From Selaginella moellendorffii (taxonomy: Eukaryota > Plantae > Lycopodiophyta): a DNA stretch of 64,000 nt. Shown piece after piece: positions 13,895 to 25,339 of the stretch. The position numbers were made by a program, and so were the translations under genes. The stretch covers positions 857,878 through 921,877 of the forward strand of contig NW_003314262.1 in NCBI RefSeq assembly GCF_000143415.4, read 5' to 3'. The notes below the pieces were generated by a model. It ran no database searches. It was given only the letters and a program-made list of their open reading frames with translations, and was not told where the DNA came from. How positions within the stretch are numbered: position 1 is the first letter of the stretch; every line of letters starts with the position of its first letter.

Positions 13895-16800
13895 TCACTT
13901 CTTGCCCTTCTTTGGTCCCTTGGATTCAGCTACTTCTTCCACAGTTTCTGGGGGCTTTTGGGTAATGCCCTGGCCTTCCATTACCAAACTGCAGCCCCGG
14001 CCATCTGCAACCTCTATTCGAAACACTTGCCTATAAAGTTTAGCTTCCATAGGTACAAAGGTAACAGTCACGACGTGCCTTACAGCTTCTTCAGTTCCTC
14101 TGCCAGGAAGCAAACCGCCTTGAATGTCCACATGAAATGGATCTTTGACAAATGGTTCCGCAGGAGGTTCCTCCACAAGTGGTAGCACGAGGGCAGGCTC
14201 CGGTGACATTGGCTTCCTATTATCTGATTTCTTTTTCAAACCCGACTGCACAATGAACAAAAACAGTTCAGCTCAGTAAGGAGAAACCCATACCGTAGGA
14301 ACCTCCTCCACTAGCTCTTCTTGAAGGCCCTCCTTTACTAAACGCCATTGACTGTCAAAGTAGCTTGCATTGGTCACGCTAAAGACAAGTGTCTGAGATG
14401 CGTTTATGACCACTGAACCAAACCAGATGCATTCTGAAAGTACTTTAACGGCAGGAAAAAACACTTTTGCTTGAACGGGTACAACCTAAGGAAAGAGAGA
14501 GAACAAAAAATATTTTTCACACCTAAAAAAATAATCGCCAATTTACCTGTGTATACTCTTCAAAGAACTTTAAAAGAATATCCTTCTCAAACCTTAGGTC
14601 TTTATGCTCACTAAGTATTTCCGGTTCGGGACAAAAGTTAATAGTTAGACGAATACTCCATTCGGAAGGCAGTACAACACATGAAAGCCCAAGAGGATCT
14701 GTTGCCTGTAGAGTATTGTCCTCATTTTCTGAAGACAAAAGGCCACTTTCAACCTTAATAACGTAAAACGGTGGGTCCAAGGCTACCGAGAAGGTGAGAC
14801 TGTGATTATAAACATTTTGCAAAACCACCACCTTGGTGTAACATTTATCTGATGATGGAACGGCTCCACAGCAGAAATATTCCACAGGATCATCGATGCT
14901 GGGTTTTAGCCTGTAATAAGGGGTAATTTCAAACCCGGAAACATCCCAGAGATCTGGAAGTACCTGGGCTCAAATACAATGGCCTCTAGGCAGACACGTA
15001 ATGGAGCAAAAAACTCTTGCAAGGGATCAAATACAATTGGGCCATCATCTAAAATGGCAGTCACTTGTTGTTGTATTCTTGCACTTTCATTGAGCATAAT
15101 TGACGATCTTTTCAGTGAAGACCTTTTCTCTGGTCCCAGTAAGCTTTGTCCAGTCAGTTGCAATGAAGATCTTTTCAAAGAAGACCGCCTTTCTGCTCGT
15201 AAATCCTGAAGTAAACCTTGTTGCGCTGTCTTTGGAGGCTTTCTTGTCTGTTCACTTGACTCGGATAGAGCATGAAGAGACGTTCTAACTGGTTCGTTCA
15301 AACTTCCCATCGATGACGTAATCCTAACTAGCTCATTTGTTAACATCGGTTTCTTGGTTTGTGAATCCGAAAATGTTACCGTTGAAGATTTTCGTCGTAC
15401 AGTATCCGTCTCTATAATCTGAGTTTTCTCAAGAAAAGTGACTCGTCTAGACGGCCGTTTACCATAAGCACCTGTATGTTCGTCTGGATAGGACGCAAAT
15501 TGTGTCTTCCCTGCTAGGATACAGGTAAAGTGTGCAGCTTGCATGGTATCGAACGTTACCTCAAAGCTAACGTTTCCGTGAGCAAGAATGACCTGGAAAG
15601 AACTATTAGGCATGAAAATTTGACTATAAAGTATTATATACCTGTTTCATTGGACAAACAGTAAATGGATGATCTTCCTTGGGATGTAAAAAAATCTCTT
15701 TTGTATGAAATTTTACCCGTTCTCTATCTATTATGTCTAGACGTAGTTGCACTGGGCCAAATTCGGGATTTCCCAGTAAACTCACACGCACCCAGGACTC
15801 ATCGGCATGAACCAAGTGGATTGTCGCTAATCGACTGGGTTCAGGCACCATCATCATCCACATGACTTCCAAAGGGTATGGAGATACGTTAGCCACCCAA
15901 AACCTTTTGGTGCGTCTAGGATTTCCCACGGACACCGGTGGCCATCTTAAAACAAGACTTGAATTGATTTTAGGATGTTGATAGCCTCTTGGTTCGAGGT
16001 GTTGAGGCCTTGCAAACAAAGGCGTGCCCGTCACTCCAATTGAAATTGGAATTTCAGCTGGTGGAAGTCCTCCCACCTACGCAAATACCGTAAAGAATTA
16101 GATTTATATAGCTCCAGAAACTTACTGAGCATGTTAGAATGTCTGAGTAGAAGCCTGGCAAGCAGCTAAACGCAAAAATGTCACAGAACCACTGCCCTTG
16201 GCTTTCCAAAAGGCCTTCGCAACCCGGGTAGACAAGTAGAGATAATGCTTCACCGTTCCTGATAAGAATATTGTGCATCTCAACTTCCAGCCTGCGAGAA
16301 ACCATCAAATGCCCAAAAACGGACCAGTACTTCTGGTGAACTTCATCGGGAAAGTCTAATATTGGGGGAACTTTCCGATTTTTAAGTTTCAAAACGGATT
16401 TAGAGTCTGTTGCCTGTGGTAATGTAAGCTGCCTTCCAGTAAGACCAGAAAGTACGACATAGTCGTCTTTTGCAAGGGGGGGAGGGTAGCCACTTCCGTA
16501 TTTGTTTACACCAACGTGTATCTTGCTAAAAATATCAGTGTGGTTTTGAACAACTAGCCTTAGCCAGTAAACGCATCCAAGTTGACATGTATTACCAAAA
16601 TCCAGTGAACAAGGATTGGTAGTGTCTATTAACAATTTTGATAAGGCCTTGATATTTGAACGTGGGTCTGCTTTGTTGTCTAGTTCACTTGGCCATACAA
16701 CGTGGTAGCTGCATCGAAAATCAGAAATGTAAGTCCGAAATATTACACCAATAGGCACGTCCGCTCCCAGGATGTCACACGTCAAAATTAGCTCCTTCTC

Positions 16801-19684
16801 ACCGATCTCTAGTGGAGTCATGCGAAAAAAAATTTGTTGAGAACCGTATGGGGCAAGTTCTCCATCTCTGGGCGTGATGTCGATCTTTATTGAAGAAGAG
16901 TCTCCAATATTTATGTCACAAATGGGCCACCTATAGTAGGTTGTCAAACCGGTAAGATTGTGTAATGTAGCCGTTCTTGAGATTTTTTTGTAGAGAAATG
17001 TTATACCAAGATCAAATCTGCAAGGGTCAAAGTACGCCTTTGGGGAATCCACAAATGCTCTCACTAGAGCATATTGCGTGGGAGAGAGACCGTCAACCAC
17101 TTGACAAACAATTGCATAACCCTTTTGCCCACAGGCCTTTGCGTGCAGGTCGACCTTTACATTTGTTGTTCCCCTCGCGAGTACAGTACCACTGTCTGGC
17201 CTAAAAAAGAGTTCATCTTTACAATTGCTCATTGCCTGTGACAATTGCTCATTAATATCAGAGCCTTCGCACACTGCAAGAAGTTTGAATGATGCTTCTA
17301 CAATGCTCCTGTTGGTGAGCGTTAGCTGTGTAGAAGCAGTCGTTCCTACCTAGACAGTGAACTTCAATACCACATGAAAAGAAACTTTAATATTTAGCTG
17401 TACCTGAACCAGTCCAAAGTCCAGCATAGGCTGAAGGATAGAAACACGTGGTCCTTGCACACAGCCTTCTATTAGCAAAGGTAGCTGCAAATAGCCAGTA
17501 TCCATAAAACTACATGTCACAGCCTCTTGTATAGGTCCAATTTTTGTAGCTCTTAGAGTAACGCTCACAGTGGTGCTTCCCAGAGCTACTATTTTACCAG
17601 TAATGGGAAGAAATGAAACAAAATTAAGTTCCTTGGCGATGCCCCACGGAGTTTCTGAGACTTGCCACGAGAAGGTGATATCGGCAAGAGTGTTGTTTCT
17701 TAGATGTATCTCTCGTGTGTATGTTTTACCTTGAACAAGCATTTCTGAGAATAGCAGCAAGGGAGGATAAATTTCAATATCGAAAGGATCTCCCACTCCA
17801 ATCAACTCAATATCAAGGGCCTTCATGATATATCCGTTGTTGTCTACGTCCTTGGTTGAAAAACCTTGATCACATACTAAAGCTACCTCCGGAGACACAG
17901 CACCTGAGACTTCGTCCCCATGTTTTGATGCTATAACTTCTTGGGCTAATTTATCTGCATTGGCCAGATTGCTTTGAAACTGCTCCCAGGAGTCGGCACG
18001 AAAAGAAAAGGCGTGGCGCGTGTCCACGTAGAAAACTGCACGCTGTCTATAGACCTCGATTTCTGCCGGACAAAAAGTAAAATCAAATGTTCCATTTGAC
18101 TCTGCTTCCAGCACCCCACAGCTAGGCTGCACGACGAATGCCGGGTGTTGTGCGGACTCAATCTTCCAGTAGAACCGAAGAGCAGTCAAGGTGTGGTTTC
18201 TTACTGTCAGTTTTTTCTTTGCATTGCGACTGGACATGGTTGCATTTCCGAACCACAATCCAGACTCAGCTTCTTTCTCTCTAAGAGCGTGCCCATCTAA
18301 TTCCAATAAGTCGACTTTCAACTTTGTCCCGCAGCCCTCAAGTAGCACCCGCCATTGATGACCAAACTCTGACGAAATATGTATTATACGCGAAAATTTT
18401 CCTTCAGAAACAGGTCTAAATATGACGATTACGTCAGCTGAATCATTGATCGAGAGATTAAAACTCTTCGGGTGAACAAGAAACGGAACAGCATAAAGAA
18501 CATTCTGGCATGAATAAAGAGATTGGAAAAAGTTTAATCTTTTCAAATCGCTCTCTGCCTCAAAAGAAAGATGAAACTTTGTAGCAACATCTAAGCTGGA
18601 AACTGGAAAAGAAACAGCTGTAGCATGATTGAGAAGACAGTGGCCTAGATCAAGGACGGTTGGAACAAATATTGTTGGTAGTGGTTTGGTTCCTATAAAC
18701 ATGACTTGGCAGCTGTCCATCTCCGAAGAAAGGAAGAGTGCATCTGAATTGTCGTTCAGTGACGTGGGCCTAAACGTCACCTTTAAAAAAACGTGCCTCC
18801 CTGGTGCTATTACTTTCCCTTGAAGGTCTTCCCCCTGGACCTGAAACGTTTTGCTTGATGGTAACAGAACCCTGACAAGGCGTAATTAGTTCCGGATTGG
18901 TGTTCTTTCTGATACCTCAGGCGCTGGCTCCAAGTGCTAACGTTCAAAATTTGGATCGTGCTCGTGTATGATCGTCCTACCTCTGCAGTTCGTGTAACGT
19001 CTCAGGCATGAGCCTTCACATGTCCTGTTTCACTAGAATTTTGCTTCCTATACGTAATTTTAGTGTATAGAGAGCTTACCAAAACGTTCAAAAACAAGCG
19101 TTGGTGGATCCAAAGGAATTAATTCTGTGATTTGACCATCCGTTTCTTTAACTTCTGTAATTGTTAATGCCTAAAAGAAAAATGGATTGAGAATTCCTGC
19201 TAACCTCATGAAATTCTTACTTTAACTGCTCTGGGAAGTCGGCAATATCTAGGATTGTTAAGATATTCGACCTTGTCTTTTAAATGGTAGGCAAGAAGTT
19301 GTGCCTATGGCATAGAAAACGTTAACAAGGATTTTCTTCTCCGTATGTTTACTAGTTTTATATCAGCGTCATCGGATTTCGACATCCAAGCACGTTTTTC
19401 GGCTTCGCTCAATCCCTTCCAGTCACCATTTAATATCGTGCCGCCTAGACGTTTTCGTGGACGTGGGGCATGATCGTGTGTGACCTTCAGGCTTATTTTC
19501 CATTGAGGGCGATCGAAGTCCTTAATTACAACAAACTGAAACGAGTGAGCCTTAAAATAGAGCCCCTTACCAGCACCATTTTCTTAAAGAGCTTTTTCTT
19601 TCTCGCCACTTCGCTTTGTGCGTTTTTCCCATCTGCATTTGAGACCGAAGCATCCCCTTGGCTTTCGGCTTCATCTCCCTCCAT
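13895..19684 (-). CDS. DLEC1: DLEC1/FAP81-like ciliary central-apparatus protein with repeated Ig-like (ASH) modules, multi-exon
   Basis: Exons give YLNNPRY, PPTLVF, VIAPGRHVFLKVTFRPTSL..DALFL..PTVLDLGHCLL and many 'F.V.P..G.L' Ig-like modules typical of DLEC1/hydin. The start ATG at 19684 (MEGDEAES) is inferred. Confidence 0.72.
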
Positions 19685-21389
19685 TGAATTTTGTATGCCC
19701 TAATGAGTCTGACGGTTTGTGGCTAAGATTACAATTGCCGAGTATAACAAAATTTTATATGCCAACTTCTCTGTTTAGATACCTGTGAGTACCGTTTGAC
19801 TCCCAAAAGATAACTAAATAGAACTAAACATCCCATCAAACACTTGAACACTAAAGCCACCAATTGCCAGCATTCTAGCCTCTCCCAGTCTCTTTACGTC
19901 TTGTAGAGTCCAATGTCTTCTCGTGATAGGCCCCTAAATTTATCAGCAAAACTGTAAACTGAAAAAATCTAAAATAGCAAAATCACATATAAGGTGGTCT
20001 AGCTTAGAAAAGAGAATAAAAAAAAGGTCTTAAAGAGTTTTCCTCCAAAGGTTTTGTTTAGAATGATCCAAAATTTTCCCATTTGATGCTTAGTAGGAAA
20101 CTCCCCAAACTCTATGAACCATCTTGTGAACTTGTCTAGTGTCCTATTCTCTATATGTTGAAGCTTACATAAGAAGCATAAATAAAGTCATAGTGCCTCC
20201 ACTCAAAGCATAAGGTAACTTTTACTCATACATGGATCTGCAATTTAAAGACTAGCTCTGATAGGCTGCCCTCTTGCATGAAAGTGCCCCTGAAAGCTTT
20301 GTGGACCTGTAATGCATATCATTGCTCAAAAACCATTTCAATGCCACAAAACTCTCTTTCCACTCAGATGGCACATTATTACATGATAATTATGTGAAAC
20401 ATCCACTATAGATCAGAATAAACTTTGTTACTTATCTTCCACTCATGACTCACTATGCTAGTCCATAAAACCTTAGCTAGGTTCTGAACTTTCCCTATTG
20501 CCCCCCCTTCAACCATGTTTAACACTCTATTTAAGATGCTAGTGATAGGATTTCAAGGGCAAAACAGGTTCTTCGGAGTCAATTCCCATCTAATATATTA
20601 CCTAAAACATTCCCACACCAACAAGATTAACACCACCTTGTGTGAGATTAACACTAGGAGAAGGCCACCACTCCTCAAGTATATATTTTTTTAAACTCAC
20701 TAAATTGGAACTAAAGATAAAAGCATTTGAAAACACAAATTAGAAGATTAGCTACTCACAGGAAGCCATTGCCTCAGTATTCTCTCTCAAGCAAAAGAGA
20801 ATGTCATGCTGTAGTTTGGGAAAATAATGAGTTAAGTTGTTCCATGATGGTGATCTGAGCTACAGTTGGAAGAGAGAGCCACACTGCTCTGATAAAAGAG
20901 ATACCCTCAGAAAGGCATCATTTTGGCAACTTGCACCTAACTCATAAGAGCTGCACTTTTCTAGTTATAGTTAATTGTACCCGACCTAAGATCAAAATCC
21001 TCACTTCTCTGCTGCAAGAACAATGTAAACTTAAACAAAAAAATAAACTGGTAGTGGTGGATGCTTGGCAGAAGATTGAATCCAGTGGTTCATTTGAATC
21101 ATCCGATCATTGGCATGTGGCGATAATTGTTTATCCAGTTGATGGATGGCTCCTTGAAATTCTGCTACTTCCCCATGTCCCACTTGTGTCACAGCTAGGA
21201 GCTACCAGAAAACTCAGCATTAACTTTTGTTAGATTGTGCTCTGTAATAAAATAAAAAGGGAAAACAAAGCAGGGTCAAAAACTAATTATAACCAAATGA
21301 TTGACATAACAAAAAAAATCATGGCCAACACCCTTATCCTATTGCAAATCATTGCTTTGCTCACAATGCCCACACTAACCCTAGCTCCT

Positions 21390-21975
21390 CTATAGAACAC
21401 ATATCCTTTGTGTAGCCACTGGATCAATATTAATTATAGAACTTCTTGGGTGATGAACATCCTCAAAATCATATATATGAAGCTTTGGAGCCCAATAAAT
21501 AATGCAACCAACTAAGTTTTTCCACTTCCATAATGAAGTAACCACAATATAATCACTTTTTAGTAATGGCTGAGAAGTATGCAAATATGCATAAAACTTC
21601 TTAAAACCCCAAATTTCTGCTAAACACTCATTCTCTATTATGGAGTAATTCACCTTTACTAGTTGTAATATATATTTGATGTATGTAATGGGATAACATT
21701 AATAGGCACACTCATGCTCTCTTGTATCAAATACATCTTCGAAACTGATAATAGAAGTATCTATGCTCAAAATGAAAGATCAAGTGTAGTCAGGATATGC
21801 TAAAATTGGAAGAGTTATCAACAAGTTTGTGAGACGCATAAATACCCACTTATAGTTCTCAGACCAGATGGAAAATGATGATGATTTTATTAATGCTCTC
21901 AATAGTGTAGTATGATAAAAAAGATAATCAATGAAATAACAAAGATATCGCACTTTGTTTAGAAAGTGCTACACA
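21390..21975 (-). mobile_element. Decayed Ty3/gypsy RNase H relic, same family as the element at 58039-63325
   Basis: NYSIIENECLAEIWGFKKFYAYLH...WAPKLHIYDF parallels NYSTTEKECLAAVWGFEKLHAYLH. The DNA is colinear with ~59780-60310. Confidence 0.85.
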
Positions 21976-21979
21976 TCAT

Positions 21980-22727
21980 TTGCCTTGGTTCCTTTAGTGA
22001 GTTATCTTCTCATGAACACTGGGTTTAAGCAAAAGTCTTTGGCCTTACATTGCCTTACCTTTAAATCCTGGGCCTCCATCCTAAATTGTTCTCCTCGAGC
22101 ATTTGCCAATACCACAAAGTTCCTACTTTGTCTATGCAAGACTACTAGAAATCGATTAAATCAATCCATCCTGAAAATCATGTCAAATCCCATCATGTCT
22201 AACATGGTGAAATCCATGTCCATTTTTTATGTGTTTACTTCTACTCTTGCTTGTCAAAGTGCTTCATTGATGCTTTAGTTACCTTGAATAAACTTTATAG
22301 TCCTTGGTTCACCCAACTGCGGGATTATTAGTCTGGCTTGCCAGACTATATTTACAACCACAAAACTATCTGAAACACTTGTGTTAATAAGGATCTTAAC
22401 AAAGTTACTTCTAATCTTCCCTCAGAAGGCTAGTAGATATTGTAGTTAATGAGTTACTTTTAGCTAGGGTTTATCTCATGTACCTCAGTTTGGACTTCAC
22501 CAAACTTAATGGCCATATTGACTCTAGCCTTGTTCGGGGATTCACTCTTAAAGAAACTCTTCTTGAATTTCCTTTTGCCATATGTCCTTTTTACTTTAGC
22601 TCATTTTCTAAATGTGGATCCCAACCCTTTTGTGTTCCTTTTTCATAGGTTATCATTGAAATGCACCTTAATAGTTGCTTGCAATGCTTCGTTGGGTTTC
22701 AATGCATCACCTCGCCTTAAGCCCAAC
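21980..22727 (-). mobile_element. Decayed Ty3/gypsy gag-protease relic, same family as the element at 32007-37230
   Basis: DNA is colinear with ~34320-35230 (e.g. atcatgtcaaatccc, tagtccttggttc, ataaggatcttaacaaag, ggttatcattgaaatgcacct). Confidence 0.85.
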
Positions 22728-24487
22728 TTTGAGGGTGAAAGCCTAAAGCATTCGTTTCCTAGACACTGGAGGGTTTGGTGAGCTCCAAAAGTATAATAAG
22801 GGGAGGACTCTAGTGGAGCGAGTTTAGCCAGGAAAGGCTAGTGTGACCAAGGAAGGCTATACCAATATGTTGGGTGGTGATATAACCATTAAGGAGTCTA
22901 AAGCTAAAGTGAATATGGATAAACAAATGGGGTAATTTGCTGAAGTGTTCAAGAGCCAGTTCTAGCTCCCTCTAGGGATTGGATGGTCGATGCTCCCAAT
23001 CCAAGTGCGGGTGGCACTACTTACTTGGATACCTAGTGTGGTTCATCAGGACCTCACTCTATCCATATGGGTAGGGCACCAAAAAGTAGAAGGTGGGGAG
23101 AGTACCCATGAAGCTCGTGTAAGGCCATAGTATTTTGAAATGTTGTCATAGAGTCCCAGATTGAGGAAAGGAAGAGCAATAGTTCTCTTGTGTGGTGACT
23201 AAGAATGCGGTCATGTGGGAAGGAAATCCCAAAGATCAATAGGATGTAGTGGTTGAGCCTTTAAGCCTTGACTTAGTGGCAATGTTGGTGAACATGGTTG
23301 TGAATGAAAAAGGACTTGCTAGGGATTGAAAAAGAGATATTTGGGAAGGTTATTCCCCTATCTATGGGCATCCTAAGGATGCTAAAGAGTGGATTTAGGA
23401 TAATCACTCATGGATGGATGGTTTAGTCTTTGAGAGACAGGAGTGTGATGTAGGTGGTGTTGGATCATCAGTGTGACAAAGGTGAATGGGCATGGCCTTA
23501 GTGTAACAGGCTGATATGGCAATGGTACCTTTGGGTGTCAGTCATGGGATTAAACACGTGGAGCACTTGGACTAAGTGCAAAAGTTGAGTGGCATAGATG
23601 CCATTCTCGGGGCTAGCAAGTCCCCAACTCTGGAATAGAACTTATGGAGGTTATGAATGAAAATCCTCCAAGTGGTCAAAGGTGTGGTTAAAGGACTAAA
23701 GTAGAATGGAAAACTTTGTCGCTTACAATTTGGTATTATAGTTATTTCTTAGTCTAACTTTTATTGGTGGTTAAATATATCACCACTTGTCTTGGCATTG
23801 AAAGGTTCTAAGAGTGGGCCTATCTTGGAGGAGTAACATGTCGAAAGGGCATGACTCTCCACTTTAATTCATAAGTGAATATGTTGGTAATGTGGTGGAT
23901 AGAAAGGGCCAATTTGTTAACAACTTTAGGATCTTTGGAATAGTATAAGGTTTTCCTTAAAGAGTTGAGGATGTGATCCAGATGTGAGTTTGACTGAGCA
24001 AACTGGCTAATGTGGTTGTGGTAAACAACTATAGTTAGGATCACAAGAAAGAGAGACTCTAAGACAATAAAAGAGTCACAATATTATCCTCATATAGTTG
24101 ACTCTAGTGCTCATGAATTTAAGACTAGAATTAATGACCATGGGAGGTTAAATACGGATAAGGACACAAGTTCTTGAAAAGGTAGCTGGGGCTATTTTTA
24201 ATAAATGTTAGAACAACCCAAGAAATTGAGGATATACTTAGAGGATGAGTCAGCATTTTCATTATTTGGACGAATAGTCCTAAGGGGCAAAGGTAGCCCA
24301 TAGGGAACAAAGAATAATCAAATGTCAGAGTAACATTTGCAAAAGATGGTCCTTATGAGTAGGACATGAATATAAGAAGTTGTATTTTAGTTGGCACCTT
24401 AAAAGTAAGACCTTTTAGATCGTCAGATTAGCAAAGTCCAAAAACTAAATTATTCAAGTGGAGTCAAGGTATAGTTTTAAAGGATTG
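22728..24487 (+). mobile_element. Old copy of the non-coding LTR element, left part: partial LTR ending ...gcttaca at 23727, degenerate PBS and the start of the internal region
   Basis: Colinear with 25265-26890 but AT-decayed, with an extra ~130-bp segment near 23965-24095. Continues at ~37230. Confidence 0.85.
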
Positions 24488-24705
24488 TGTGAAACACAAA
24501 ATCCCTAGGCCCCAAAGTGGAGCCAGAAGGGCGCCACATGGTAGTGGCCGAAGCGAGAGCCAAACGAGCGTAACACGTTTGGACCAAAAGCTCCGACTTG
24601 AAAAGTCAAGAGCAGGAGTGGAACTCCCAACGAAGTGCTCGAGGAACGAGCACGAAGCGAGCAAAAGGCAAGGCTCCAAAAAGGGACCCAAAAGTGGGAG
24701 TGTCC

Positions 24706-25120
24706 GAGATGGACTCGAGATGGAGTCCGAGATGGAGTCCGAGATGGACCCGAGATGGAGTCCGAGATGGAGTCCGAGATGAAGTCCGAGGTGGACCCGA
24801 GATGGACCCGAGTTGGAGTCCAAAGTGGAGTCCGAGATGGACCCGAGATGGAGTCCGAGATGGAGTCCGAGATGGAGTCCGAGGTGGACCCGAGATGGAC
24901 CCGAAATGGAGTCCGAGATGGACCCGAGATGGAGTCCGAGATGGAGTCCGAGATGGAGTCCGAGGTGGACCCGAGATGGACCCAAAATGGAGTCCGAGAT
25001 GGAGTCCGAGATGGACCCGAGATGGAGTCCGAGATGGAGTCCAAGATGGACCCGAGATGGACCCGAGATGGAGTCCGAGATGGAGTCCGAGATGGAGTCC
25101 GAAGTCAAGACCGAGACCGG

Positions 25121-25152
<32 letters not shown>

Positions 25153-25260
25153 TCGGGACCGAGACCGAGACCGAGGCCGAGGCCGAGACCGAGCTCGAGC
25201 CCGAGTCCGAGTCCGAATCCGAATCCGAGTCCGAGTCCGAGTCCGAGTCCGAGTCCGGAG
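24706..25260 (+). repeat. Minisatellite in LTR: GAGATGGAGTCC/GAGATGGACCC 11-12-mers, then GAGACC and GAGTCC hexamers
   Basis: Directly visible. Homologous arrays lie at ~30420-31010, ~36895-37175 (reverse) and ~44570-44915 (decayed). Confidence 0.97.
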
Positions 25261-25339
25261 CCTGAGAGGGTGAAAGCCCAAAGCGTTCGTCTCCCAGACC
25301 CTGGGGGGTTTGGTGAGCTCCAAAAGTATAGTAGGGGGG

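Noticed and set aside
24706-25260. CRISPR-like array
   Set aside because: No unique spacers or cas genes; a plain tandem repeat in a eukaryotic LTR
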